Both the position numbers and the translations under genes were made by a program. Below the pieces are notes generated by a model that did no database searches, was not told the DNA's origin, and saw only the letters and a list, made by a program, of their open reading frames with translations. A stretch of DNA of 64,000 nucleotides from Rhizocola hellebori (lineage in GTDB: Bacteria; Actinomycetota; Actinomycetes; Mycobacteriales; Micromonosporaceae), in NCBI RefSeq assembly GCF_016862955.1, contig NZ_BONY01000008.1:144352-208351 (forward strand), read 5' to 3'. Below, in pieces: positions 25,015 to 35,564 of this stretch. Position 1 is the first letter of the stretch. Each line of letters starts with the position of its first letter.

Positions 25015-27551
25015 GTACCGGTTCCTTCCGCCTGTTCCAAGGACAGCACCATGGTCAGTCCGCCGCCCGGGGTGGTCTCCGGGGTCAGGGTGCCGCCCAT
25101 CGCCTCGGCCAGGCCCCGGGCCAACGCCAGACCCAGGCCCACGCCGGTGGTGTTGTCGCGATCTCCTAGCCGTTGGAATGGCAGGAAAACCTTGTCCCAA
25201 TCGGCCTCGGGGATTCCTGGCCCGTGGTCGCTGACACGTAGCTCGACACGTCCACCATGTTCGCTCGCCGACAGCAGCGGCGGCTGTCCGGGCGGACTGA
25301 ACCGCAGCGCATTGGTGATCAGGTTGACCAGAACCCGTTCCAGCAAGCCGGGATCGGCGCGCACCGCCGACAGGTCCGCCGCGATCTGCATGCGTACAGC
25401 GCGGGCGTCCTCGCCGATTTCGTCAAGCGCGTGGGGGACGGCTTCCTCCAAGCCGATCGGCCGCAGTGACACCCCGAGGACACCGGCTTGCAGCCGGCTC
25501 ATGTCCAGCAGGTTGGCCACCAGCCCGGAAAGCCGGTCCAGCGATTCGTCTGCGGTGGCGAGCAGTTCGGCCCGGTCGTGCTCGTCGAAGTCCACTTCGG
25601 TGCTGCGCATGCTGGTGATGGCGGCCTTCGCTGACGACAGTGGCGTTCGCAGATCGTGGCTGACTGCGGCGAGCAGCGCGGTGCGCATCTTGTCCGCGGC
25701 GGCGAGCGGCTTGGCCGCGGCCGCTTCCCGGGCCAGGCGCTGCTGACGCAAGGCCGTGGCCGCTTGAGCGGCAAAGGCTTCCAGGATGCGCCGGTCCGAT
25801 GCGGCCAGCGGTGGCCCGTTCAGGACGAGCGACAGGTCCTCACCGATGGGCACGTCGGCGTCACCGGCCCCGGGCGCTTCGGCGGTGGGCTGGCCCACCG
25901 ACTCGGCGATGTACCAGCAACCGGGATCGTGGCGCATCTCCACGGTCTTGGCTGCGTCTGGTACCCGCTGAAGAAGAGTGACCGAGGTGAGCTGAAAGGT
26001 TTCCCGCAGCTGCTGCAGCAACGCCAGCAAAGGCCTTTCCCCGCGCAACACTCCTCCGGCGATGGTGGCCAGGATTTGCGCCTCCGCCCGGGCCGCGGCG
26101 GCGTCGCGGGTGCGCCGCGCGGCGAGGTCCACCACCGCTGCCACCGAGATGCCGACACCCGCGAACACCACCAGCGCCAGCAGGTTCTCCTGTTCGCTGA
26201 TGGTCCATTGTTTGATCGGTGGGGTGAAGAAATAGTTCAGCAACAGAAATCCGCCGACCGCGGCCACGACCGCCGGCCAGAGCCCGCCGACCAGAGCGAC
26301 GATGACCACGGCCAGCAGGAACAGCAGCACATCGCTGGTCAGGTTGAGTTCCCCGACGGTGGCCAGAAACAGCGTCAGCAGCGGCAGACCGAGCAGGGCC
26401 AAGGCGAAGCCGGCCAGCCGCCGATGAGGCGACAGGGCGCTGGCGGTGCCGGCCGGAAGGCGCCGGCCCCGATTGACCTCGGCGTGCGTGACCAGGTGAA
26501 CGTCGATCGACCCCGACTCCGCGGTGGTGGTGACACCCACGCCCCGGGAGAAGATCTGCGCGAACCTGCCCCGCCTGCTCGCGCCGAGCACAAGCTGGGT
26601 GGCGTTGACGCTGCGGGCGAAATCCAGCAGCGCCTTGGGAACGTCCGATCCCACCACCTCGTGGTAGGTGCCGCCCATGCTCTCCAGCAACACCCGATGC
26701 TGCGCCAGCAGCGCCGGGTCGGCCCCGGCCAGACCGTCGTTTCGGGTGACGTGCACGGCCATCAGATCGGCACCGCGCGCCCTGTCCGCGATGCGCGCCG
26801 CCCGGCGCACCAGGGTCTCGCCCTCCGGACCGCCGGTCACCGCGACGACGACACGTTCCCGCGCTTCCCAGGTCTTGTCTATATGATGCTCGGCGCGGTA
26901 CCGGTCAAGCTGATCGTCCACCTTGTCCGCCAGCCACAACAGCGCCAGCTCGCGCAGGGCGGTGAGATTGCCGATCCGGAAGTAATTGCCCAGCGCCGCA
27001 TTAACCTTCTCCGGGCGGTAGACGTTGCCGTGCACCATCCGTCGCCGCAACGCTTCCGGCGTCATGTCGACCAGCTCGACCTGCTCGGCCTGGCGCACGA
27101 TCGCGTCTGGAACGGTTTCGCGTTGCGGGACGCCGGTGATGGTTTGCACGACGTCGTTCAGCGACTCCAAGTGTTGAATGTTCAATGTGGACAGAACGGT
27201 GATCCCCGCTGCGAGCAGCTCCTCGATGTCTTGCCACCGCTTGACATGCGGGGAACCTGGCACGTTGGTATGCGCGAGCTCGTCGACCAAAGCCACCTGG
27301 GGATGCCGGGCGATGATGGCGGCAGTGTCCATCTCGGTGAAAGCGGTCCCTCGATACTGCATTTCCTTTCTGGGTACCACTTCCAGGTCGCCGATCATCT
27401 CGGCGGTGTGCTCGCGTCCGTGTGTTTCGACGAAACCGACCACGACATCGGTGCCCCGGCCTTTGCGGCGGTGGGCTTCCTCGAGCATGGCGTAGGTCTT
27501 GCCGACCCCGGGGGCGGCCCCGAGATAGATTCGCAGTTCTCCGCGAGACAT
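25011..27551 (-). CDS. kdpD: KdpD sensor histidine kinase (KdpD N-terminal domain + Usp + 4 TM + GAF + HisKA/HATPase)
   Basis: LRIYLGAAPGVGKTYAML N-terminal P-loop, AVSHDLRTPL H-box, 846 aa. Confidence 0.95.
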   Translation of the reverse strand: MSRGELRIYLGAAPGVGKTYAMLEEAHRRKGRGTDVVVGFVETHGREHTAEMIGDLEVVPRKEMQYRGTAFTEMDTAAIIARHPQVALVDELAHTNVPGSPHVKRWQDIEELLAAGITVLSTLNIQHLESLNDVVQTITGVPQRETVPDAIVRQAEQVELVDMTPEALRRRMVHGNVYRPEKVNAALGNYFRIGNLTALRELALLWLADKVDDQLDRYRAEHHIDKTWEARERVVVAVTGGPEGETLVRRAARIADRARGADLMAVHVTRNDGLAGADPALLAQHRVLLESMGGTYHEVVGSDVPKALLDFARSVNATQLVLGASRRGRFAQIFSRGVGVTTTAESGSIDVHLVTHAEVNRGRRLPAGTASALSPHRRLAGFALALLGLPLLTLFLATVGELNLTSDVLLFLLAVVIVALVGGLWPAVVAAVGGFLLLNYFFTPPIKQWTISEQENLLALVVFAGVGISVAAVVDLAARRTRDAAAARAEAQILATIAGGVLRGERPLLALLQQLRETFQLTSVTLLQRVPDAAKTVEMRHDPGCWYIAESVGQPTAEAPGAGDADVPIGEDLSLVLNGPPLAASDRRILEAFAAQAATALRQQRLAREAAAAKPLAAADKMRTALLAAVSHDLRTPLSSAKAAITSMRSTEVDFDEHDRAELLATADESLDRLSGLVANLLDMSRLQAGVLGVSLRPIGLEEAVPHALDEIGEDARAVRMQIAADLSAVRADPGLLERVLVNLITNALRFSPPGQPPLLSASEHGGRVELRVSDHGPGIPEADWDKVFLPFQRLGDRDNTTGVGLGLALARGLAEAMGGTLTPETTPGGGLTMVLSLEQAEGTGT

Positions 27552-27586
27552 GGGTTAATCCTCTCAAGACCGCCCCTGGGCGCTGG

Positions 27587-28456
27587 CTACAGGTTGTCCA
27601 GTGCCAGGTTGAGCTGTAACACGTTGACTCCCGGCTCGCCCATGAACCCGAGCACCCGCCCGTTGGTGTGTTCGGCGATCAGCGAGTTGACCTGTTCGAG
27701 CGAGATGCCGCGCGCCTTGGCCACCCGTGGCGCCTGGAGCTTCGCGTAGGCCACGCTGATGTGCGGGTCAAGTCCGCTGGCGCTCGCCGCCACGGCATCG
27801 GCCGGCACCGGAGAGTCGGCTGGGGCGTTACCCCGGATAGGCGTGAGCACTCCGGCGGAGTAGTCCTCACCGAACTGGGCGCATTCCACCTTCACCCCCT
27901 CGTACTCGGCGAGGAACGGGGTCGCCGGGCAGCGCTCGTTGACGCTGACCGCCCGCGTCACCTTGCCGGTGAGGCCGTTCTCGCGGAACACCCGCAGCAC
28001 CGCCCCGACACCGTCTGCAGTGCAGAACGGCCGGCTGCCGTCCACACCCTCCAGCTCGCCGACAGCTTTGCTACGCGCGCACACTTGGCTCAGCAGCGCC
28101 TGCTTGCTGCCGTCGCCTTCCTCGGAGTCCGGGTCCAGCGCGGGATCCCCGAGCGTGTCCTCGATGGACTCCGGGCCGAGATTGCTGGCGGCGGTGGCGT
28201 CGAGGTCGTATCCATCACCGGCCGCGGACGGCCGGCTCTGGAAGTAACGCGGGTCGGCCATGCCGTCGGCGTCGGTGAACAGCTGGCCGATGAGCGTGCT
28301 GCCGACCGGTTTGCCGTTCACCTCGACGATGGAGCCGTTGGCATTGCCGCGCAGGCCTGGAATCTGGGCGATCGCCAGGATGGCAAAGGGATAGACCAAC
28401 CCGGTTATCACCGTGAGAACCAGGACCGCGCGCACCGCGGCCCAATGCTGTGTCAT
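27587..28456 (-). CDS. kdpC: KdpC, potassium-transporting ATPase subunit C. Atypically long (about 289 aa) with an inserted Cys-containing segment. An alternative start at 28489 is coupled to the kdpB stop as TGATG.
   Basis: N-terminus AVLVLTVITGLVYPFAILAIAQ and C-terminus ASGLDPHISVAYA...VLQLNLALD are KdpC signatures. Confidence 0.85.
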   Translation of the reverse strand: MTQHWAAVRAVLVLTVITGLVYPFAILAIAQIPGLRGNANGSIVEVNGKPVGSTLIGQLFTDADGMADPRYFQSRPSAAGDGYDLDATAASNLGPESIEDTLGDPALDPDSEEGDGSKQALLSQVCARSKAVGELEGVDGSRPFCTADGVGAVLRVFRENGLTGKVTRAVSVNERCPATPFLAEYEGVKVECAQFGEDYSAGVLTPIRGNAPADSPVPADAVAASASGLDPHISVAYAKLQAPRVAKARGISLEQVNSLIAEHTNGRVLGFMGEPGVNVLQLNLALDNL

Positions 28457-28488
28457 CCAACTTGACCGTAATTCTGAAAAGCGCAGCA

Positions 28489-30594
28489 TCACGATATCCC
28501 TGGTATGAGCGACACGATCATGTCGATGAGTTTGATGCCGATGAACGGTGCGATGATGCCGCCTAGACCGTAGATCCACAGGTTGCGGGTCAACAGCTTG
28601 CTGGCGCTGCTGGGGGTGTAGCGCACGCCGCGCAGAGCCAGCGGGATGAGCGCGATGATGACGAGCGCGTTGAAGATGATCGCGGAGATGATCGCCGTCG
28701 TCGGGGAGGTCAGGCGCATGATGTTCATGCCCTCCAGCGCCGGGTACACGCCCGCGAACATCGCCGGGATGATGGCGAAGTATTTCGCGATGTCGTTGGC
28801 GATGGAGAACGTCGTCAACGCTCCGCGCGTGATGAGCAGCTGCTTGCCGATCTCCACGATCTCGATGAGCTTGGTGGGATCCGAGTCGAGGTCCACCATG
28901 TTCCCGGCCTCTTTGGCCGCCGAGGTGCCGGTGTTCATCGCCACCCCGACGTCGGCCTGCGCCAGTGCGGGCGCATCGTTGGTGCCGTCGCCAGTCATGG
29001 CGACCAGCCGCCCGCCCTCCTGCTCCTTGCGGATCAGCGCCAGCTTGTCCTCCGGCGTCGCCTCGGCGAGGAAGTCGTCCACGCCCGCTTCATCGGCGAT
29101 CGCTTTAGCTGTCAACGGGTTGTCGCCGGTGATCATCACGGTGCGGATGCCCATGCGGCGCATCTCGTCGAACCGTTCCCGCATGCCCTGCTTGACGACG
29201 TCCTTGAGGTGGATGACACCCAGCGCGCGAGCCTGCTGCCCTGACACGACCTCTGCCACCACCAGCGGCGTGCCGCCCGAGGACGAGATGGCGTCGACAA
29301 CGTGACCGACCTCGTCGGTGGGGTGACCGCCGTTGTCACGCACCCACTTCATGACCGCGGTCGCCGCCCCCTTGCGTACCTGCCGTCCGGGCAGGTCCAC
29401 TCCGGACATTCGGGTCTGTGCGGTGAACGGCACGAAAAGAAGGCCTGCCGTCTCCCGTTCGCGCAGGTTGTATTGCTGCTTGGCCAGCACCACAATCGAG
29501 CGGCCCTCCGGCGTTTCGTCGGCCAGGCTGGACAGCTGTGCGGCGTTGGCCAGCTCCTGCGCGTCGGTCCCGGCGACCGGCAGGAATTCGGCTGCCTGCC
29601 GGTTGCCCAGGGTGATGGTGCCGGTCTTGTCCAGCAGCAACGTGTTCACATCACCGGCAGCCTCGACAGCACGCCCGGACATGGCCAGCACGTTGCGTTG
29701 CACGAGCCGGTCCATGCCCGCGATGCCGATGGCCGACAGCAACGCGCCGATGGTGGTCGGAATCAACGCCACCAACAACGACACCAGCACGATGCCGGAC
29801 AGACCGTCTTGGCCCAGCGCGATGGTGTCCGGTGCCGCGCCCTGCCATGCCTTGGCGTAGATGGCCATCGGCTGCAGTGTCACGACGGTCAGCAGGAAAA
29901 TGATGGTCAAGCTCGCCAGCAGAATGTTGAGGGCGATCTCGTTGGGGGTCTTCTGCCGGTTGGCCCCCTCCACAAGCGCGATCATCCTGTCGATGAACGA
30001 CTCCCCCGGCCGCTGCGTGATCTTGATGACGATCCTGTCCGAGAGCACCTTGGTGCCGCCGGTGACCGCGCTGCGGTCTCCGCCGGACTCGCGGATCACC
30101 GGGGCCGACTCGCCGGTGATGGCCGATTCGTCAACGCTGGCAATGCCTTCGATGACATCGCCGTCACCGGGGATGGTGTCGCCTGCCTCGCAGACCACCA
30201 CATCGCCCTGCTTGAGCGCCACAGCCTCGATGGCCACCTCGTCGGTGGCCGGCCACCTTGGCAGCTTGCGCGCGATGGTGTCCTTCTTGGCCTGGCGCAA
30301 GGTGGCGGCCTGCGCCTTGCCCCGGCCCTCGGCTACCGCCTCGGCCAGGTTGGCGAACACGACGGTCAGCCACAGCCACACCACGATGATCCAGGCGAAA
30401 GCCGACGGGTCGGTGATCGCCAGGACCGTGCTGAACACCGCCCCCACCCAGACGATGAACATGACCGGGTTGCGCCACAGGCTGGCCGGGTTGAGTTTGC
30501 GCAAAGCATCGGGAAGGGACTTCCAGAGCATCCTCGGGTCCAGCAGGCCGGCCCCGATCTTCTTGGGGGATGTTGTTGCCAGTGTTGTCATCAC
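28489..30594 (-). CDS. kdpB: KdpB, P-type ATPase catalytic subunit
   Basis: [13 protein letters not shown] phosphorylation motif, [24 protein letters not shown]; 701 aa. Confidence 0.95.
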   Translation of the reverse strand: MMTTLATTSPKKIGAGLLDPRMLWKSLPDALRKLNPASLWRNPVMFIVWVGAVFSTVLAITDPSAFAWIIVVWLWLTVVFANLAEAVAEGRGKAQAATLRQAKKDTIARKLPRWPATDEVAIEAVALKQGDVVVCEAGDTIPGDGDVIEGIASVDESAITGESAPVIRESGGDRSAVTGGTKVLSDRIVIKITQRPGESFIDRMIALVEGANRQKTPNEIALNILLASLTIIFLLTVVTLQPMAIYAKAWQGAAPDTIALGQDGLSGIVLVSLLVALIPTTIGALLSAIGIAGMDRLVQRNVLAMSGRAVEAAGDVNTLLLDKTGTITLGNRQAAEFLPVAGTDAQELANAAQLSSLADETPEGRSIVVLAKQQYNLRERETAGLLFVPFTAQTRMSGVDLPGRQVRKGAATAVMKWVRDNGGHPTDEVGHVVDAISSSGGTPLVVAEVVSGQQARALGVIHLKDVVKQGMRERFDEMRRMGIRTVMITGDNPLTAKAIADEAGVDDFLAEATPEDKLALIRKEQEGGRLVAMTGDGTNDAPALAQADVGVAMNTGTSAAKEAGNMVDLDSDPTKLIEIVEIGKQLLITRGALTTFSIANDIAKYFAIIPAMFAGVYPALEGMNIMRLTSPTTAIISAIIFNALVIIALIPLALRGVRYTPSSASKLLTRNLWIYGLGGIIAPFIGIKLIDMIVSLIPGIS

Positions 30595-32261
30595 AGACCT
30601 TCAGCCAGGGGGCCCAGCGCCAGCGCGGGCAGGAATGTCAACGCCACGAGGATCACGACGACACCGGCCACCATGGCGACGAAAAGCGGCTGGTGCGTCG
30701 GCAAGGTCCCCGCCGAGGCCGGAGTCGGCTTCTGTGCCGCAAGGGATCCGGCCAGACCGAGCACCATGATGATGGGAAGGAACCGTCCCAAAAGCATGCA
30801 CAGTCCAAGTGCGGTGTCCCACCACGGCGTGTTGACAGTGATACCGCCAAACGCCGAGCCGTTGTTGTTCGACGCGGACGTGAACGCGTAGAGCACTTCC
30901 GAGAACCCATGCGGGCCTACGTTGGCCTGCGTCCGCCAGTTCCCGGAGGCCAGCGCCGCGGCCGTGCCGATCAGCACCAGCGCCGGGGTGATCAGGAAGT
31001 AGAGCGACGCGAATTTGATTTCCCGGGCGCCGATCTTCTTACCCAGGTACTCCGGAGTGCGCCCGACCATCAGCCCGGCCACGAACACCGTGATGACAGC
31101 GATGACGAGCATGCCGTAGAGCCCCGCGCCCACACCACCGGGAGCCACCTCACCAAGCATCATGTTGAACATCGGCATCATCCCGCCCAGCGCCGTGTAC
31201 GAGTCGTGAAACGAGTTCACCGCGCCCGTGGACGTCAATGTCGTGGCCGCCGCGAAGGTCGCCGAGTCGGACACACCGAAGCGGATGTCCTTGCCCTCCA
31301 TGGCCGCACCGATGGCCATCGGCACCGTGCCCGCGCCATGAAGCTCGAACACGTTGGTCAGCGCGATGCTGGCGATGGCCAGAATGCCCATCACGGCGAT
31401 GATGGCGTAGCCCTGCCGGTTGTCCTTGACCATCCGGCCGAACACCCGCGGCAACGCCACCGGGATACAGAAGATGAGGAAGATCTGCAGCCAGTTCGTC
31501 CACGCGCTGGGGTTCTCGAACGGATGCGCGGAGTTGACGTTGTAGAAGCCGCCTCCGTTGGTGCCCAGCTCTTTGATGGCCTCCTGCGACGCGACCAGCC
31601 CGCCGGTGAGGTGCTGCTCGCCGCCGGTCAGCGTCGACACCACCGTGCCGTCGGTGAAGTTCTGCACCGCGCCGCCCGCAATGAGCAGGATCGCCGCCAC
31701 CGCACTGATCGGCAGAAGGACTCGCAACGTGATCCGGGTCAGGTCGACCCAGAAGTTGCCCAGCTGCCCGTTGCGCGAACGGGCGAAGCCGCGCACCAGC
31801 GCCACTGCCACCGCTATACCCACCGCCGCAGAGACGAAGTTCTGCACGCTTAGCCCGGCCGCCTGCACCAGATGGGTCATCGTCGACTCACCCGAGTAGG
31901 CCTGCCAGTTGGTGTTCGTCACGAAACTGACCGCGGTGTTCCACGCCAGGTGGTCGAAAACCCTTTCGTTGATGCCGGTTTCGAAGTTGGGGTTGGCGAA
32001 CAAGAAATCCTGCAGGCGCAGGAATGCATACAGGAACAGCAGCGAGACGGCCGAGAACGCCAGCACGCTGCGCGCGTAGGTGCCCCAGGTCTGCTCTGCG
32101 GCCGGGTTCACCCCGATGGCTCGGTACAGGCCGCGCTCAACAGCGCTGTGCTTGCTGCCGGAGACGACCCGGTACAGGTAGTCGCCGAGATAGCGGTACG
32201 CGACCGCCAGCGCGACGATGAGCGAGAGCACGAAAATCACTCCCGCGGATGTCGTGTTCAT
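30591..32261 (-). CDS. kdpA: KdpA, potassium-binding channel-like subunit
   Basis: [29 protein letters not shown] and NNGSAF selectivity-filter-like motifs; 556 aa. Confidence 0.95.
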   Translation of the reverse strand: MNTTSAGVIFVLSLIVALAVAYRYLGDYLYRVVSGSKHSAVERGLYRAIGVNPAAEQTWGTYARSVLAFSAVSLLFLYAFLRLQDFLFANPNFETGINERVFDHLAWNTAVSFVTNTNWQAYSGESTMTHLVQAAGLSVQNFVSAAVGIAVAVALVRGFARSRNGQLGNFWVDLTRITLRVLLPISAVAAILLIAGGAVQNFTDGTVVSTLTGGEQHLTGGLVASQEAIKELGTNGGGFYNVNSAHPFENPSAWTNWLQIFLIFCIPVALPRVFGRMVKDNRQGYAIIAVMGILAIASIALTNVFELHGAGTVPMAIGAAMEGKDIRFGVSDSATFAAATTLTSTGAVNSFHDSYTALGGMMPMFNMMLGEVAPGGVGAGLYGMLVIAVITVFVAGLMVGRTPEYLGKKIGAREIKFASLYFLITPALVLIGTAAALASGNWRTQANVGPHGFSEVLYAFTSASNNNGSAFGGITVNTPWWDTALGLCMLLGRFLPIIMVLGLAGSLAAQKPTPASAGTLPTHQPLFVAMVAGVVVILVALTFLPALALGPLAEGL

Positions 32262-32350
32262 CAGAACCTCTCCGGGAAGAGCAGCGCCACCACCAGGAAG
32301 ACCGCCAGCCCCGCCGCGATCACCAGGCCGATCACATTCGTTGCGGTCAC
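32261..32350 (-). CDS. kdpF: KdpF small hydrophobic subunit (29 aa, below the ORF-track cutoff)
   Basis: Hand translation [29 protein letters not shown] resembles mycobacterial KdpF; the stop overlaps the kdpA ATG (TGATG). Confidence 0.7.
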   Translation of the reverse strand: MTATNVIGLVIAAGLAVFLVVALLFPERF

Positions 32351-32430
32351 AGTCGCTCGGCTCCCCTGATCGCCAGGGCGAGCACGGCGAACAGGCCGAT
32401 AGTGAGCAGCACGTAGACGAGATCGCCCAC
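32347..32430 (-). CDS. Second KdpF-like hydrophobic micro-ORF (27 aa) with a strong SD, translationally coupled to kdpF
   Basis: AGGAGG-6nt-GTG GGC GAT CTC GTC TAC GTG CTG CTC ACT ATC GGC CTG TTC GCC GTG CTC GCC CTG GCG ATC AGG GGA GCC GAG CGA CTG TGA; the stop overlaps the kdpF GTG. Confidence 0.45.
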   Translation of the reverse strand: MGDLVYVLLTIGLFAVLALAIRGAERL

Positions 32431-32575
32431 CGCGTGCCTCCTTAGCTGGTTATCGTCCGTTTTGCGTGTTCTACGAGCTTCATTCAAACAGTTCGTTGAC
32501 ACGCATCAGAGGAAACCCGAAGTGGCACGCGGATGGGAGAGCTCTTGACGGCATCCATACGTGCGGCCGCCGAAT

Positions 32576-32592
32576 TTTGACGCTGCCTTGAC
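32576..32592. promoter_or_regulatory. 6-N5-6 direct repeat (GTCAAG-gcagc-GTCAAA on the coding strand) about 150 nt upstream of the kdp operon. A candidate KdpE binding site.
   Basis: The direct repeat has 11-bp centre-to-centre spacing, typical of OmpR/KdpE-type sites; a third GTCAAG copy lies 30 nt closer to the operon. Confidence 0.3.
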
Positions 32593-32620
32593 GGAGCAGT
32601 GATTTCCCGCTCATCCGGCC

Positions 32621-34582
32621 TTAGCCCGGCTGACCATCCTGGGCAGGCGACAGCTTTCGCATGAGGGTGGCGGCCAGGCCGTCCAGGCTGGATCCGTTGC
32701 CGGTGACCAGGATGTCGGGGACCACGTTGATTTTGCCTTCGGCTACAGCGCCTGCTACCGCCACCAACGCGGTGGGCATCTCGCCGATGGCTTCCCGCTG
32801 CGCGGCGAATCCGGCCGCGCGGGCGACGCCGAGGGCCTCGGTTGCCTTGGCCTCGGCCAGTCCGATGGCCTGCACCCGGTCGGCCTCGGCCTGCCCGGTG
32901 ATCCGCGTGTACGCGGCATCCCCGCCGGCCTGCGCTTCGCGGGCTTGTGCCCGGTTGCCGTTGATGTCTACGGAGACCTGCGCGGCGGCCAGTTCCGCTT
33001 GCATGTCGGCCGTGCCGCGTGCTTTCTCCATCTCGATTCGCGCGGTCTGGGCGGCCTGCTGTTCCTTGTATGTGGCGCGTTCCTGGTTGGCTATTTCGCG
33101 GCGGGTCAGCACGGCGACCAGCTCGTCGGGAAAGACGACATCCTGGATGTAGACGCCTTTCGTTTCGATCTCGTAGCCGGCCAGGTAGCGGGTGACCGCG
33201 GTGTGCGCGCTTTGCTGCACCTGCTCGCGGGTCTCGATGAACTTGACCGCCTCCAGCGCCTGCAGCGTATTGCGGAAATGGTTGCCCACGGCCGACTGAA
33301 GAACCTCGTTGACGAGATTCTTCATCGTGCCCACCATCGAAATCACCTTGGGCGCGCGGGCATCCGGCACGTGGATCTGCACCTGCAGATCGATGGTGAA
33401 GATGAAACCCTCCCGGCTCTTACCCACAATCGGCTCCAGGCGGGCGTCCAGATCATGGGCCTGCGAGGCGGCATTGGCCCAGTTGAGCGTCAATATGAAG
33501 GTGGGTACGAGCTCGGCGGCGTAGATGCGGGGATTGATGGCGTATTTGCCTGTCCGCAACGGCTCCTGCCAGATGCCGCGGTGCCCCGGCGCCACAATGC
33601 TGCCGAACTTGAACTCCTCGCCCGAAGTGTCCAATGTGGGCAGCCCCACGAAGGACTTGATGACGGCGACCTGCCCTTGATTGACCACCAGCATCGGCAC
33701 CAATTCCACCCGCACCAGGAACGGATTGAGCAGGTATGCGCCGTACAGCAGCGGATCGTGTTGCAACCCGATCCGGCCGCCGGCATCCAGGAACGCTTGG
33801 AAGTCCTGGTAATTGTTGTGCAGGCCGTTCTTGGTACCCATCAAAATGTCAATGACCTGAGCATCGGTGACCGCCCGATCGGTTTCCAGCGCGACAATGT
33901 CGTCGAAGGCGCCGATCCGGCTGGCTAGATCACCAGAAGGCAACGGCTCACCCTCCAAAGTGGTCACCAACCCGATGACGTCGGTCGTGCCATGGGGTGC
34001 GATCACCGCCACCTCAAGCTGTTTGGGGTCAAGCTTGAAAGACTGGGCGACAAGTTTGCCTCCCCGAGCCAGCGCCGCGAACTCCGGCGCGACCGGCAGC
34101 CCATGCACGTGCCGGGCGGTGATGACCAGGAATCCCACGGGATGGATCGGCACCAGCGATCCCGGTGGAAGCACCGGCCGCTGCACACCCTTCTCCCCAC
34201 CGCCGGAGATGAAGCCGCGCAGATCGGTGAAGGTGCCAAACTCGGTGCGGTACCGCGCACTTTTCGCACCGATCGGCAACGACCGCCCGACCTGGGAGAT
34301 CACCACACCGATCTCGCCGGCCTGGATCTGTACCCAAGGAAACTTGGTGACAGTGAAGATTGGCCACCATTTCATCCGCATCCCCGGCATCAGCAGGTCG
34401 GCCTGATGTCCGGCCTCCCGATTGAAGGCGATTGGATTGTCATCGGGCAGCTTGCGGCCAAAACGCTTGGTGACCAGGCCGACCTCGGTCGGACCTATCC
34501 GGTGCACCGACTTGGCCACCATAAGAAAGAACACGAGGAGCACACCGATGGCTGCTCCTACCGCGAGGGCAATAAGCTCCAC
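32621..34582 (-). CDS. Flotillin-family (SPFH/band-7) membrane protein, 653 aa
   Basis: N-terminal TM, SPFH region, C-terminal Ala/Glu-rich coiled coil (AQTARIEMEKARGTADMQAELAAAQ...AEADRVQAIGLAEAKATEALGVA). Confidence 0.8.
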   Translation of the reverse strand: MELIALAVGAAIGVLLVFFLMVAKSVHRIGPTEVGLVTKRFGRKLPDDNPIAFNREAGHQADLLMPGMRMKWWPIFTVTKFPWVQIQAGEIGVVISQVGRSLPIGAKSARYRTEFGTFTDLRGFISGGGEKGVQRPVLPPGSLVPIHPVGFLVITARHVHGLPVAPEFAALARGGKLVAQSFKLDPKQLEVAVIAPHGTTDVIGLVTTLEGEPLPSGDLASRIGAFDDIVALETDRAVTDAQVIDILMGTKNGLHNNYQDFQAFLDAGGRIGLQHDPLLYGAYLLNPFLVRVELVPMLVVNQGQVAVIKSFVGLPTLDTSGEEFKFGSIVAPGHRGIWQEPLRTGKYAINPRIYAAELVPTFILTLNWANAASQAHDLDARLEPIVGKSREGFIFTIDLQVQIHVPDARAPKVISMVGTMKNLVNEVLQSAVGNHFRNTLQALEAVKFIETREQVQQSAHTAVTRYLAGYEIETKGVYIQDVVFPDELVAVLTRREIANQERATYKEQQAAQTARIEMEKARGTADMQAELAAAQVSVDINGNRAQAREAQAGGDAAYTRITGQAEADRVQAIGLAEAKATEALGVARAAGFAAQREAIGEMPTALVAVAGAVAEGKINVVPDILVTGNGSSLDGLAATLMRKLSPAQDGQPG

Positions 34583-34640
34583 GCCGCAAACAGTACGCCC
34601 GTCCGGCTAACTGGTCGCGTATGGATTTCGTCAAGACCTT

Positions 34641-35114
34641 TCAGGATGCCCCGCGTTCCTTTTGCCCATTTTCCAAGAGCGTGACCATTTCGGCGATCCG
34701 GCGCGCTCGCTCGTCTGGGCGGCGTTTGGTGCCGTCGATCCAGCGCAGGTAAGCCTTGCGGTAAAACTGGGCCAGCCCGTCGAAGAAGGCACCGGCCCGC
34801 GGGCTAGCCTCCAGCGCCGCGGCGACATCCGCTCCGAGGTCACCGCGTTGCGGCCCTTCGGGAATCAGTTCGACCTCGACGTGCCCGCCGATGGTCGCCC
34901 GGCTGTCACGCAGCCATGCCGCTCCTACGGCAAACCCGTGAACACCATCAGCGCCGGTTTCGATCACACCACGAAATCCGCAGCCGTTGAGCGTGCCCGT
35001 GACGGGATGACGAGGTTTGACTCCCCACGCTGCATCAGGGTCAAACGGGACGGCGATGAAACCTCCATTGCGTCCACGACCCGACATGATCGCAGAAAAC
35101 CGTTGCGGCATCAC
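34641..35114 (-). CDS. DUF1905 / YdeI-OmpD-associated family protein
   Basis: RFSAIMSGRGRNGGFIAVPFD start and C-terminal FYRKAYLRWIDGTKRRPDERARRIAEMV pattern. Confidence 0.65.
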   Translation of the reverse strand: MMPQRFSAIMSGRGRNGGFIAVPFDPDAAWGVKPRHPVTGTLNGCGFRGVIETGADGVHGFAVGAAWLRDSRATIGGHVEVELIPEGPQRGDLGADVAAALEASPRAGAFFDGLAQFYRKAYLRWIDGTKRRPDERARRIAEMVTLLENGQKERGAS

Positions 35115-35150
35115 CGGCCCATCTTCGCACCAGCGACGGCTCGCCGCGCG

Positions 35151-35564
35151 CTATGCCGGCGCGATCTCCTGGATCAACGTCTTGACCCGTTCGCGAATCT
35201 CATCACGGACCTCGCGCACCACCTCGATCGACTGGCCCGCCGGATCGGTCAGCACCCAGTCCTCGTAACGCTTTCCGGGGAAGTATGGGCAGGCGTCGCC
35301 ACAGCCCATGGTGACGATGACGTCGGATTCACGCGCGGTCTCGTATTCGAGTTTCTGCGGGATGTTGCCGGTGATGTCGATTCCCACCTCGGCCATCGCC
35401 GCCACCGCCACCGGGTTGATGGACTCCTTGGGCGCGGACCCGGCTGAGAGCACCCGGACCTTGTTGCCTGCCAGGTGTTTGAGCCATCCGGCGGCCATCT
35501 GCGACCGGCCGGCGTTGTGCACGCACACGAACAGGACCGTGGGTTGTTCGCTCGGGTCAGGCAT
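35151..35564 (-). CDS. arsC: Arsenate reductase ArsC (LMW-PTP family, thioredoxin-coupled type)
   Basis: VLFVCVHNAGRSQMAAGW is the CX5R P-loop; 137 aa. Confidence 0.9.
   Translation of the reverse strand: MPDPSEQPTVLFVCVHNAGRSQMAAGWLKHLAGNKVRVLSAGSAPKESINPVAVAAMAEVGIDITGNIPQKLEYETARESDVIVTMGCGDACPYFPGKRYEDWVLTDPAGQSIEVVREVRDEIRERVKTLIQEIAPA

Noticed and set aside
27587-28579. 330-aa extended KdpC ORF starting at 28579
   Set aside because: The extension runs through the kdpB 3' end in another frame. The KdpC-like sequence starts at MTQHW (28456), or at the TGATG-coupled MLRF (28489).
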